This document shows, one piece after another, positions 26,545 to 39,708 of a DNA stretch of 64,000 nt. The notes under the pieces are model-generated. The model had not been told where the DNA came from. It was given only the letters and a program-made list of their open reading frames with translations, and made no database searches. The position numbers and the translations under genes are program-made. Origin of the DNA: Lama glama (Eukaryota); the NCBI GenBank assembly GCA_028534125.1, contig CM052816.1:31374001-31438000 (forward strand). Direction: 5' to 3'. Within the stretch, counting starts at the first letter, position 1. Each line of letters opens with the position of its first letter.

Positions 26545-27835
26545 ATATGGAATTTTTAAAGAATCTCCTTTTACCCTCAGTACCACATCTTCTTTGAGAT
26601 ATCCACCAATAAGTCTTCTTCCAGATTTTTTTCTGTGTAAGTAAATACACATACCAATATATTATATAACAATATAAACATTGTTAGGAAGCTTGCTTTT
26701 ATTCATATAACGATTTGGTGATTTTTATGATAGTATATAGCATGTTTAATTTAGCATTTGTACTGTGGAAAAGATAAAGTATGTTCTATAGAGAACCTTC
26801 TGTAGTAGTTGGTATTAACAGTAGCAGAACCAAAATCCTAGCTGATGGTAATGCACTGAACACATTTTTCTGATTTTGTTTCAAAATTCTTACAGATATC
26901 TGGGAAATGAATAGATGAAAGTTACATAGTACATATATATATTAACTGTCCCATAAATTTTTATTATTATTTGAAATTTATTTTAAATGTAAATAATAAC
27001 AGAAACAAAATAGGCTAGAAATGGAGTCTTGTTCTACTGGGTACTGTGAGGAACTAATTGAGAGAGAGAAATCTACTTTTAGGTCTTGAAAAAGTCACTC
27101 AAACTCCTATTGCCCCCTTTCCTTCATGTATCTAGTGGGATGAGCTAGTTTTACCACAGTGTTGTGAGAAGAATTTTCTAATAAAATTTTTTATATCAAC
27201 ACTTTGAATACGTACATATATGAATTTGGAAATGCTTCTTTCTCTGGGAACAGAGGAAAGAACACTTTAGCTGGTGTTGGTGATTGGAGCAGAAATAGAT
27301 GTGGTCTCAAAAAGAAAGCAAAACTGTTTCATGGTCATGTGTTTTTATGATTTTAAAAGAAATGCATTTTTTCCATCTGCCTGGTTGACTTTGGAATGCT
27401 TGTTTCCCTGGAGCATTCACTATTTGAAGGGAGATCTGATATAGAAAATGAGGTCTACTCTTGCAGGTGACACATCAAACAGCCTGATCTGTCACCAGAA
27501 AAGTTACCTAATCAGCCCCTAAGATGAACAACTGGGGCAAAGAGAGCTCTGCTGTGATAACCCATGGCATTCTGAGTTCTCACATTCTGACTTTGAAACA
27601 AGTATGTATATTTATATAGTTCAATTAAAAAATAAAATGCTTTATTTAAAAAAAAAGAGGTCTTGGTCTGGACCCATCATGTTAGATCTTCATGTTACAA
27701 TATGGTGGTCCTATGTGATCTAGTTAATGTATTTGATCCTTAAATGGCTTTAGTCAGCTTTCCATGGAGAAACCTCTCTTTTGTACAGGTACATCCATTC
27801 ATAACCTTAGCCAACTTCTATGCAAATCCATTTCT

Positions 27836-28223
27836 GTATCAGTCAGTGTTCTAAAATCAACAGGATAGATAGATAAACAGGAGTAGATATAGATATAAAG
27901 TAATGTATTTTCAGAAATTGACTCACATGACTGGGGCGACTGACAAGTCCAAAATTTGTAGGGCAAGCCCTGCTTGAAACTTAGAAGTTCATGTCTGTCT
28001 TGAGGTAGAATATCTTCTTCCTGAAAAGCTCAGATTTTACACTTAAGACTTTCAACTGATTAAATGAGGTCCACCTATGTTATCAAAGGAAACTCTTTTA
28101 CTTAAAGTCAAAGATTATAGATATTAACCATATGCACAAAATACCTTCAGAGCAACACCTAGATTTCTGTTGGATTAAATGAGTACTGTAGGCTAGCCAG
28201 TTGACACACAGAATTTACTATCA
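27836..28223 (-). mobile_element. MLT2 (ERVL) LTR, degraded
   Basis: tgtatcagtcagtgttct...aattgactcacatga...ttcaactgattaaatgaggtccacc...ccagttgacaca. Confidence 0.75.
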
Positions 28224-28689
28224 TCGTTCCCTTGTTAAAAGGAGCAGAATGAAGCTGAATAGGAATTACTTATAAATGTTAAAAACAGCCACCTCTGTTG
28301 GAAAAAGCAGCACAGATTCCTGATAACCGCACATATCCTAATATTTTTAGATACATTTTAGAGAGCAAATGAAATTATTGTATTATTAATGTTTAAAATA
28401 TCACTAATATTAACACATCATTAATGTAGTAGAGTGTAAGCAATCAGAGGCATATATCACATTTCTAGTGATGTAATTATAATCTGGTTGGCAAAATATG
28501 TGTAGAGGAGCACTTAGCAAATTTTAGTGATTGAGTTACCATTCATATTAGCTCAAAGAATTAACTCACCAATCGTTAGTCCATGGGATCTGTAGAAAAT
28601 GGTTACTGAGGATATTAATACGTGTTAAGAAGAAAAAACTAAATTTTAATATGCCCATTATTAAAAAAACATTAATCATAATCAAGTCA

Positions 28690-30700
28690 GTTCTTTTAGC
28701 CCTCGGTAATAAATTCTTGTTATGTTAATCTTAGCTTTTAAGAGTCTACTTCTGTGATGTTGACTGCTTCTGGATAAAAGAGTTATGGAGGTTCTAAGTC
28801 ATTCTTTGTGAAGTCTTACAGGATCTCTTTGTAATGATAATGCTAGCTCTATTTTGGCAAGTCTGGATCCACAAGTCTGTTTTCTTGTGGACTCAAATAG
28901 TCAACATTCTTTACCGAGGATCTTCTGAAGTTCTGTCCAGAACGTCTAATCTGTGGTTTGTGGCAAGAGCTTTTACACAAGTGTAAGGGAAAAGCAGACA
29001 CTATCTGCTGATGACAAAGCTGAATGGCTCTGGTTCCTATATTACACTAGGCAGGATTATTAGAATAAAGAAAAGTGAAATCCTCTATTACTATATATGA
29101 TTCATAAGCATCTTGAAAATAAGAATATATTTACATTCACATTTTACACATATGTAATTAATCTAAAAAGGTCAAAAGTCTTTGATTTGAGGTTTTTTCC
29201 TCCCATGCTCTGAGAGTGATAACAAGACACAATTGTGTAGAGCTAATTAAAAACATAGAGCATAACACGTATTCTTAATTATTTGTAGTATCATGCATTT
29301 TATAAATTCCTGGAACAAGTCTTTGGTGTGTCCCAGAATCCTCCTAGGAAACCCCAAAGATACTTCAGATGAAATATCTTAACATTTTCATTATGCAATA
29401 TTTAAAGCCTCAGTTTGGGAAAATCAATGTCAAAAATAATTATCAAAGAAATATAACATTAGAATACAGACATAAGTCGTTGGTGTCTAAAGACAAAAAA
29501 GGATAAATGGCTTAGCTATGCAAATAATTAGAAATAATATTTAAATTGATCAGAGCAGTAAGCTACAATCAACAGAAAATTTAACTTTTACAGAAATAAG
29601 AGATTTTAGTAAAACAAAAAATGAATCAAGAAATTAGCACAAACCACGAAGAGTTAGGTGATTCTCTGGAAGCTCTCTACGAGATAAGGAAGTTCTGTTC
29701 TCCAAAAAGCCAAATAAGAAGACAAGACATTTTTTTTTTAAAGAGCACACCAAATATTCAAGAACCATTTTCTCCTGAATTACCAGTTTTTCCTCTTTAT
29801 TATTCATGAGTTTCTGAGTTTCTCAATTCTGTTATAACTCTGTAAGTAAGTTTAAACATAATACAAATGCATATAAACAAGATGAAATTTTAAAGCTTTA
29901 ATTTTAGTTTTCAGATATACTAACTGTGTTAGTATATACTAATGATACATAACTGTGTCCTTAATTTATATGATTGTGAATGTATAATTATAATTAAAAT
30001 TTATAATTGAAACTTTGCAAAGACCAAATAGATAGTACTTACTTGCTTTGCTTTTGTAACTTCTAGTTTTAGAACTTTTAATCTCTTTAGAAAGTGTCCA
30101 TGGGGGAGGGTATAGCTCAAGTGGTAGAGCACATGCTCATCATACAGAAGGTCCTGGGTTCAATCCCAGGTACCTCCTCTAAAAATAAATAAACCTAATT
30201 ACCTCCCCAACCCCCACCAAAAAAAAAATAAATACATAAAATATTTTTGAAAAGAAGAAAGTGTCCAGATAACCAAAGATTTCAGGTAACCAAATTTATC
30301 CGTAAATTAATTTAATACTAGCCCAAGCTCTAAGGATCTTGGAAATTAAATTTAAGTTGTAACAGTATAGATTAACATAATTGCTATTGGTATTAAAATT
30401 TAGACAGCTGGTATTTAAAAATTTTCAGAAAGTGAAATAATTAAGTCAAATGATTTGCAGCATTGTCTGATATTCATAAGATACAATCCTTTTAAAAGAT
30501 AGTATTTGTTACAATTTAATTTAATCAAACATGTATGTTTATATTTTTGTGACCTTAAATATTTTATGGAAAAAATAACTGACCCATTAAGGTATCAAGA
30601 AATTTAGAAGTTTAATTAGGTTTTTCAGGAATAACCAAACCCCAAGTATTATAGAAAAGACGATCTATACATTAACCTTTATTTCCCATTTTATTGTAAT
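28690..30700 (-). mobile_element. Probable degraded non-autonomous ERV1 (MER4-group-like) internal sequence
   Basis: Long AT-rich non-coding stretch with phrases resembling MER4-group internal regions; no ORF; recognised by eye only. Confidence 0.35.
30101..30255 (+). mobile_element. tRNA-derived SINE (vic-1-like)
   Basis: gggggagggtatagctcaagtggtagagc...ctgggttcaatccc; perfect 12-bp TSD agaaagtgtcca (30089-30100, 30256-30267). Confidence 0.92.
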
Positions 30701-30734
30701 AAAATCAGCAAGAAGATGTATAGCTTTCCTTAAC

Positions 30735-31958
30735 ATCATTTTTGAGATATAATTTACATACCATACAGTTTATAAATTTAAAGTGTATAATTCAGTGTTT
30801 TGTAGTATATTCACAGATATGCACAACCATCCCCATAGTCAACTTTAGAACATTTTCATCATCTCAAAAAGAAACCTTAAATCCTTTAGCTGTCACTCCC
30901 TGCCACCGTCTCAAGACATAAGCAACCAATAATCTATGGATTTGCCCATTCTGGACTTTTCATATAACTGGTATCATATATGTGGTCTTTGGTTGTTTGC
31001 TTATTTCATTAGCATATTTTTAACTTTATTTTTTAGGCCAGTTTTAGGTTCACAGCAAAATTGAAAGGAAGGTACAGAGATTTACCAGATACTCTGCTGT
31101 ACCTACACATATATAGCATCTCCCATTATCAACACCCTCCACCAGAATGGTACATTTGTTTACAATTAATAGACCTATATTGGCCCAACATTATCACTCA
31201 GAGTCCAAAGTTTACATTAGGATTCTTCCTTGATGTTGCACATCCTTTGGGTTTGGACAAATGTATAATGACACATATTCATATTATAGTATCATATAGA
31301 GTATTTTCACTATCCTAAAAACCCTCTGTGTTCTGCTGTTCATCCCTCTCCCCACACTCAACCCCTGGCAACTATTTATCTTGTTATTGGATTCATAGTT
31401 TTGCTTTTTTCAGAATGTCGTATAGTTGGAATCATACAGTAACCTGTTGAGATTGGTTTCTTTCACTTAGTAATATGCCTTTATTGTTCCTCCATGTATT
31501 TTCATGGCTCGACAGCTCATTTCTTTTTAAGTGCAGAATAATCTTCCATTATTCATTATTCTTGGTTGCTTCCAAGTTCTTGCAATTATGAATAAAGCTG
31601 CTATAAACATCCATATGCAGATTTTTGTGTGCATTTAAGTTTTCCAATCCTTTGGGTAAATACCAAGGAATATGATTGCTGGATCATACAGTGAGAGTAT
31701 GTTTAGTTTTGTTAAGAAACTACCAAATTGTTTTCAAAGTGGCTTTACCATCCTACCATCAGTGAATCAGAATTCCTTTTGCTCTACATCCTCACTAGCC
31801 TTTGATATTGCCAGTGTTTCAGATTTCAGTCTTTCTGATAAGTATGGTATAATGTTTTCAAGGTTCATCTGTATTGGAGCATTTATCAGTACTTCATTAT
31901 TTTTTATTGCTGAATAATATTCCATTGTGCTGATATGCAATGTTTTGTTTAATCATTT
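30735..31958 (-). mobile_element. Old L1 (L1MB-like) 3' end with a nested L1MC-like 3' end (~31016-31846)
   Basis: The tttgagatataatttacataccatac... element is interrupted by ...gttttaggttcacagcaaaattga... and resumes at ataatgttttcaaggttcatc. Confidence 0.7.
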
Positions 31959-31959
31959 T

Positions 31960-32612
31960 TTTCAAAGGAGACATACAGATGCCAACAGGGACATGAAAAA
32001 GTGCTCAACATCATTAATCATGAGAGAAATGCAAATAAAAACACAATGAGATGCCATCTCACACTTGTTAGAATGTGTGAATAAAAAAGACAAGAAATAA
32101 CAAGTGTTGGTGAGGATACAGAGAAAAGGGAACACGTGTGCACTGTGGTGGGAATGTAAATTGGTGCAACCACTATGGAAAACAGTATGGAGTTTCCTCA
32201 AAAAATTAAAAATAGAAACAACATATGATCCAGCAATTTCCCTTCTGGCTGTTTATCCAAAGAAGATGAAAACAAAAATTTGAAAAGATACATCCATCCC
32301 CATGTTCATTGTAGCATTATTTGCAATAGCCAAGGTAAAAAGCAACCTAAATGTCTGTGGATGGATGAATGGACAAAGAAATTGTGAAATACACATACAC
32401 ACACACACATATACACATACCTCAGGGGAATTAATGGTAAATGAAATAAGTCAGACAGAGAAAGACAAATACTATGTGACCTCTCTTATTTGTGGAATCC
32501 AAATCAAACTAACCAACCAACCTCATAGATACGGAGAACAGATTGATAGTTGCCAGAGGCAGTGGGTGGAGAGTGGGAGAAATGAGTTAACTGTTTTGTT
32601 TTCATTTTAGTT
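31960..32612 (+). mobile_element. L1 ORF2 C-terminus plus 3' UTR fragment
   Basis: gacatacagatgccaacagggacatgaaaaagtgctcaacatc...ggtgcaaccactatggaaaacagtatggag. Confidence 0.88.
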
Positions 32613-32613
32613 T

Positions 32614-32788
32614 TTTTTTTTTAGAGAACCCATGATATATTTTTTTGCTTTTCATTTATTTATTTTTTTAAATTGAGTTATAGTCAGTTTACAGTGTTGT
32701 ATCAATTTCTGGTGTACAGCACAATTTTTCAGTCATACATGAATATACATATATTCATTTTCATATTCTTTCATAAACTTGTTTATCT

Positions 32789-32837
<49 letters not shown>

Positions 32838-32917
32838 GTCAGTATCTGCAAATCTCGAACTCTCAGTCTGTCCCTTTCCACCCCCCCTCCCACCAGGCAA
32901 CCACAAGTTTTTATTCT
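32614..32917 (-). mobile_element. Short young L1 3' fragment with internal (TA)n, inserted in the tail of the previous L1
   Basis: tatagtcagtttacagtgttgtatcaatttctggtgtacagc; imperfect flanking repeat tgttttcattttagttt/tgttccatttcagtctt. Confidence 0.8.
32793..32833. repeat. (TA)n microsatellite
   Basis: About 20 uninterrupted TA units. Confidence 0.95.
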
Positions 32918-34473
32918 ATGTTCCATTTCAGTCTTAATAAATTGATTTCAAAATTTTTAATGAAATAAAATAGCTCAGAATTGCACACAATCATAATGTG
33001 GCCCTAGAAGTGTCAAGATCTCTTCCTTTAATGCAGTCCTGATTTTTCCCAAGAGCTTCCCTCTGCCAGTGCATATCTTTCTTTCATAGCCCTATGTGGT
33101 CCTCCATTTAAAAAAAAAAAAAGTGTTCCTAAGAGGATAGTCCCTGTGAGGAAGTGGTGTCACCATCATCGATTACCTCTGATTGACATGCAGTCTCAGT
33201 TTTATTAGTTGTCTTCACTATTCTATTCATAGTTGTTTTAATGCTGGAAGCAAGGAGGCCTACAACTTGACATTCATCACCTGAATGTCCCCGACTCTAG
33301 CCTCCATCATATTTACATTTCAATATCCAGTGAGTACTGTGCCCTTTAAAATAAATCTTGAGAACACATGAAAATGGGCAAGGGATCTTGTTTGAGCAAA
33401 TTTGTGGGTATCACTCAAACTGACAATGGCATGAAGTGTCCACTGGCCGTCATTCAACCTGAAACAATCCAAATCCCCGTCTGCAAAATGTTGTGAGGGT
33501 ATAGCCCCATTGCATGTGCACTTGTTGATAAATGTCATAATGTATTGTTATACTAGTATGACATGTGCATCATAAAACATGCACAAAATAGCAAATAAAA
33601 GAGAATCACTTAAAATGAAATAAACACTGTAAAGGATTTCAAAATGTATATTACTGTACTTATAACATCTTTGCTATTACTAAAAACTCATTATTATTAA
33701 TCACATTTTGAATAAGAAGAATATAATTGAACAGGCTTCATTTTTTAAAAATAATCTTGGTTTATTACATCATGATGCAGCAGTACTAGGTTCAGTTTAT
33801 TTTGAGACTTAATTTTAATGGCTGTCAGTGTAGAAAAAGACTTTTTAAAAAGTACTCAGACCGAGGTGGAAGAAATGCTTTTGAAATCATGAAACTCATT
33901 TTTAAAATTTCATGCATAATTATGCTAATATTTTGTTGCTGTTGAAATGAAGCTATTAAATAACGAGTTGTTCTTGCAAACTATTTGAAAGCTGCATTTT
34001 AACATTCTTATTTCCAACTTTTCAACTGTGTAGATATGTAGGTTTTATAGGTAAATTTTAAGTTACTTTCATTAACAAAATTATCTTGAAACATTTGCTT
34101 TCAAGATGCTCTTTCTGTAGCACAACTGAGCTGTTGTTTTCTTGCTGTGTTAAAATACCACCTTCATCTTGAAGCAACAGACTATGCATCTTTTTTAAAA
34201 TGTTACTAGATGGCATACTACTGCCAGCTAATTTGTCCTCAGGGAGGAGGTAGAAGATTTGTAGCCTTTGCCTTTTGTTTAAGCATGATAATTCTTTCAG
34301 CAAACTTGATTTTACCATAAGGTAGAACTTCATGTGGCACAAGAGATTTTTGTGATCACGGCCTATCATTTCAAGATAGCCCTCTCAATTGGGTACATGT
34401 AAAATGCCTTTGCTCACAATACATGGAAAACGAATGAATATTCACTGCCAGTCTCCTACTCTGCCTTCTTTCC

Positions 34474-34932
34474 TTTATTGGTCAAGGCTCTCCAGAGAAA
34501 CAGCACCAATGGTTTGTGTGTGTCTGTACATATGTCTGTGTATCTACATATATAGAGAGAGCAAGAGAGAAATTTTAAGGAATTGACTCTTCTGATTGAA
34601 GGGGCAGGCATGTCTGAATTTGGTGCAGCAGGAGGTCGACAGGCTGGAGACCCAGGGAAAGTTGATGTTGCAGCCTTGAGCTCAAAGGCAGTCTGGAGGC
34701 AGAATTCCTTCTTCCTTGGGGGACCTAAGTTTTTAGCTTTTAAAACCTCTGCCTGATTGGATAAGACCCACCCATATTATGGAAAGTAATCTTTTTTCAC
34801 ACAGTCTACTGATTTAAATGTTAATGACATGTAAAAAAATACCTCTCAGCAACTTCTAATCTAGTGTTTGATCAAACATGTGGGCACTATAGCTAGCCTT
34901 CTCCTTACTGACACATACAATTAACCACCACA
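34474..34932 (-). mobile_element. MLT2 (D-like, ERVL) solo LTR
   Basis: ggctctccagagaaacagcaccaat...ggctggagacccaggg...ctgacacatacaattaaccaccaca. Confidence 0.85.
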
Positions 34933-35860
34933 TTCCCCTACCCAAGTGGACCATCCTGAGCACCGCTGGGGCATACCCACTGCATTTTGGAGATTTTTCT
35001 GATTTGACCGAGCTGGGCTTTAATGATTTAGCAGCCTGCAGGGCAGCAGGTATCCCTGAATTAGACTGATGAGAAAGACCAGAAAGTGGGGGAAAACAGT
35101 AATTTTTTGAGACTATATTAGTGAACAAAACAGATGAGGTCTCAGGAAACTTACTTTGCAGCAGGTTAAGATTTTTTTTTTCAGTCTACAAACACAAGAC
35201 AAAATCATCTATGTGGCACAGGAGAGGAAGAAACAAATCAGGAAAGAAGGTAGCATCTGAGCCAAGCCTTGAAGTATTGATCAATTTTTAATAACTGAAA
35301 ATGGGGAAAGGGTTGTTTGAAGTACAAAGTGGATACTTAATAAATGCTATTGAATTACTTTGTAGGAAACAATAGCAGCAAAAAGTCTGTTTCTTTTTGC
35401 AATTAATTCTCAGGAATAATCATTCATGATCATTGCCCCTTTTATTCTGAGCCAAGTAATTCTTTGTCCTCTTGATTTCTGTATATTTTACAGGTAGTTT
35501 ATTTTTTATATAAATTATCACCTAAAATGCCCTGTTAAACATTCTGGATTTAGAGCTAGGTAATATACAAGGAGGATTTGAAATCTTTAAGCCCTAGGAA
35601 ACAGTAAGAAAAACATTCAGGCACTTTTCTGGCAAATTAAAAGTATGAAATTATTCCACATTCTGAAAATGGAAATGGTAGTGGCATGAATGTGAGTATT
35701 TTTCTGTATAGAGAATTTCCCAAATAAACTGGTATTTCAGTAAGAAAGTTAGTTAACAGATGTTTTAAAGATCTTTTCCTCCTTCCCCCTTTTAAAGACA
35801 TACTGTGTCCACCCACCCATATCCCAAAACTCCTTCAACAAATAAATCCTTTGACCTAAC

Positions 35861-36261
35861 TGAGATAGGCTGGGACCTGGGACCTGAGATCTTTGCTGAA
35901 GTGCTTGCACCTGGACAAACATCTCCTCGAGCAACAGAATACGAAGAATTATGAACAATAAGGTGTAACAACCAACTGCCGCCTCTGAAGTTCCGGGAGC
36001 TGCGGCACGGTATTGCACATGATCCCTGCACACAGCAACAGCAAGGGGGTGGGCAGACCACCTAAGCCACGCCTCCAGTACCTACCTGTCCACCCCTACC
36101 CTCACCTCATTTCAGGAACCAGCTAGCCCCTCCTTGGAATCTGTTACTTGTTTTGTTCCCTCCTGCTGCAGGAGTCTGCAATAAAGCCTTGCCTGAATTT
36201 CTCATCTGGCCTCTTAACAATTTCTATTGTTTAAAGAGTCCAAGGACTCGAATCTGTAACA
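35861..36261 (+). mobile_element. ERV1-class solo LTR
   Basis: TGAGATAGG...GTAACA; AATAAA at 36180; 4-bp TSD taac/taat; retains several CpGs. Confidence 0.78.
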
Positions 36262-37499
36262 TAATTGCTTCCCTGAAAAAGTCCTATTGCTGCTCTGAGC
36301 AACACTTTTTCTCTCTCAGCTTCTCAGAATAACTGGATATGGAATAAGTCTTGACTTTATAAAGGTTTGGAATGGGAATTATCTAAGAAAAAAAAAATCC
36401 AACACAAATAAATTCAGGCTTAAAGCCAGCGGGCAGGCGGAGGGTATAGGTAAATACTGAGGGCTTTGGTATTAGAAGCAGTTGTGTATTAAGAGAGTAG
36501 AAGATAGTCAGTATGCAGCTCAGCATCTGGTTTTAGTTCTGCAGCAGTTTGCCTTTTGTTAAAAATAGATGTGACGGTGGCCAGTAACTTTCCCTGATTA
36601 ATGTGAAACGGTTCACAGAGAAGGAGGAACACCAACCGATGTCAACACAATGTATTTTCATTGTCTAAGGCTGTTCACAGTGTCTAGTATTTCAGAATTT
36701 GTTAATAGCCAAATAACATTTAAAAATAAGAGCTTTTCACATTTTCATAGGACACTAGCAACCCTGGCCCCACCCTGTCTTTAAAATCATTAGTGAAAGT
36801 GACAGACATTTGCGGTTGTCCTCATGACATCACAGAAACCACATGTTCTCAGTCAAGGTCAGATCGACCCATCAAGAAAGTTGCCATCATCAGTTCTCCA
36901 GCTGACAAAATGTCAGGTGTAACAGGAGCAGGACTGGAATGAGACCCAAACTGTCCAGCTCTCAGTCCCAGACTGTTTTTAAAGACCCTACCAGAATGTC
37001 TTTAAAAGGGAGGGGATGGGGGAAGATCTTTAAAACATCTGTTAATTTTTTTTAATTGAGATTCCAGCTCACTTGGGAAATTCTGGATCCAGAAAAAGTA
37101 CTCACATTCATGCCCCCACCTTCCATTTCCAGGAAGTGGAATAGATTTTTGTTTCCATTAAACTGATTTATCCCCCACTCCTAGACTAAACACCCTGTAA
37201 GCCCAGGAGAGCAGCTTTGAGACACTGGACCCTTTTGCTAGCACCTTCTTTTATAGGTACTCTGCTTTTGTTCTCATGAGTGCACCTTGTCCTGCAGATT
37301 TTCTTCCACGCTAGAAGTTTCCAGAAGGCCTTAATAAGCCATAAGAGCAAGAAGGTGTAGTGTTCAGGCCATTTACTGATGCTGAAAATTTTAGGACACT
37401 TTATGTATGGTCACTGTTGTATCTCACTGCCTGGCAGGGTTCCTGACCCACCATAGATGTTTAGTAGTATTTGTTACGTGAATGAATATACCAAATAAG

Positions 37500-37521
37500 G
37501 TGTGTGTGTGTGTGTGTGTGT
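37500..37521. repeat. (GT)n microsatellite
   Basis: About 11 GT units. Confidence 0.95.
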
Positions 37522-38614
37522 TTAATCTGGGCGGCTGAGGATAGAAGGTTTTCCAGTAATTAGGGCTTTCCCCCCACATATTCTCTGGTCCGTCCCATGA
37601 ATGGGAGTGATGATGTTGATTAAAGCCCCTTTACCTCTTTTGGAAAAACAAAGGAGTAAACATAGCCACTATTATTACATTGCACTGTGACTTACAATAA
37701 CAGAGCAGCTCACTGAATAAGAAATCTTTCCCCAGCCAAGTGTCACTTATTTTCCAGGCAGCCTGGTTCTCCTCTTTTCACTAGAAAGTATGTATTTCCC
37801 AGGCAGGGAGAGGAGAGGGCTGATTTTTCTCCTGTCCTGAAGTGGGCTTCTATCGTGGGTGGGAGGATGGAGAAAAGGAACTAATGAAGCACACCCTTAC
37901 CTGTGTAGGCAAAGATTCTCTGTGCTAGACCCCACCCCCTGCACCCCGCCCCTGTGGAGGGCTGAGTGATAGTATGCCAAAGCCGCAGGGCACTGAGAGA
38001 GCTTTGGGTCCAACTCTGTGGTTCTTCTGAGGATGGAAGAATTCTGGTAGGCAAGGAATTTCCCAGTAACCATGGTAGCCGTAGGGAAGGAAGTTGCGTC
38101 TCCTGGCCCCTACGTTGGTAGTACGAGGCTCTTTCTTCCCATGACCTTTCGTGGCAGTCCTCATCTATGTTTTCTCCACTTTTTGTTCCAACTTAAGATC
38201 TCAAACACTCATGGAAGCAGGGTTCTAAACTTTAAGGCTCCTGGAGATCTGAGGCGGTGGTGTTTTTCTTTCCGGATTACAGAAAAGTTGAAAAGCTGAG
38301 GGATTGGAGAAAAAGTAACATGATTATGTATTTTCTGTCATGTCAAGATGTTAAGTAAAAAGAAAGCAAGTTACAGAAAAACATAGAGAGAGAGATCAAG
38401 CCCAGCTTATGTGTGTGTAGTTTAAAGAAGAGTCTGAACTGAATTGTTAGAAAACGTTGCCCCACAGAGCATGAGTGGGATTGGATAGCAGGGTATGAGG
38501 GGGACATTCATATTATTATGCTAAATACTACTCTATTCTAATATTTTTACAGTGCAAATGTAATGCTGTATTCATGGGTAACGTTAAAAGTTACGTAAAT
38601 TCAATAAAAGCTAG

Positions 38615-39708
38615 TGTTTGGAATACACAGAGAACTCTCAAAACTCAACAGCAAAAACAACAATCAGTCCATTTAGAAAACAGGCAAAAGATCTGACAGG
38701 CATTTCACCAAGGGGGATCTCCAGGTGGCCAGAAGCACAGGAGAAGATGTTCCAAGTCATTAGACATCCGGAAAATAAAAATTAAAGCCACAATTAAGTG
38801 TCATTACATACCTATCAGAATGGCTAAAATAAAAGGTGGTAAAACACACCAAATTCTGATAAGGATGTGAAAAAACTGGACCCCATTATTGGTGGGACTA
38901 TAAAATGGTACAGCCACACTGGGAAATAATTTGGCAGTTCCTTCTTTTTCTTAATGGAGGTACTGGAGATTGAACCCAGGACCTCTTGCAATGCTAAGCA
39001 TGCGCTCTACCACTGAGCAATTTCTTATAAAACTAAACCATATGGTCCAGCAGTTGTACTCTTGGGAATTTATTCCAAAGAAATGAAAACTTACATTCAC
39101 ACAAAAATGAATGTTCATAGCAACTTTATTTATAATAGCTAAAAATGGAAAGCAGCCCAGAGAGCCTTCAATGGGTGAGTAGCTTAATGAACTGTGGTGC
39201 ATGTGCTCCATGGAATACATGCAATGACTTGGATGGATCTCCACGGAATTATGCTGAGTGAGAAAAGCCAGTCCCAAAAGATTACATTCCATTTGTATAA
39301 CCTTTTGAAATGACAGAGTTTCAGAACTGGAGGATAGATTAGTGGTTGCCAGGGGTTAGAGGAATGCGGAGGGGTGGAGGGGTGGGTGTAGTTATAAAAG
39401 GGCAAGGGAGGGGAGCTTGTGATGGAATTGTTTTGTATCTTCACTGTGATTGTGGACATACGAATTTACACATGATAAAATTGTATACAATGAAATACAC
39501 AGTACGGGTGAATCTGGGGAAATCTGAATGAGATCAGCAGATTGTATCACTGTCAGTATTTTGGTTGTAGCACTGTACTGGAGTTTTGCAAGGTGTTATC
39601 ATGGAGGAAAACTGGCTAAAGGATACATGGAATCTGTATCATTTCTTACCATTGCATGTGAAACCACAATTACCTCAGTAGAACTTTCAATTGAAAAAGA
39701 AAAAGAAC
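38615..39708 (+). mobile_element. Old L1 (L1MC/MD-like) ORF2 end and 3' UTR, interrupted by a SINE
   Basis: gaactctcaaaactcaacag...aaaatggtacagccacactgggaaa...gtggttgccagggg...A-rich end. Confidence 0.82.
38944..39018 (-). mobile_element. 5'-truncated tRNA-derived SINE (vic-1-like) nested in L1
   Basis: Reverse strand gctcagtggtagagcgcatgcttagcattgcaagaggtcctgggttcaatctccagtacctcc; imperfect TSD gcagttcctt/gcaatttctt. Confidence 0.85.

Noticed and set aside
37127..37135. Isolated GAS motifs TTCCAGGAA (also 9339-9347)
   Set aside because: About one such 9-mer is expected by chance in 64 kb, and there is no supporting context.
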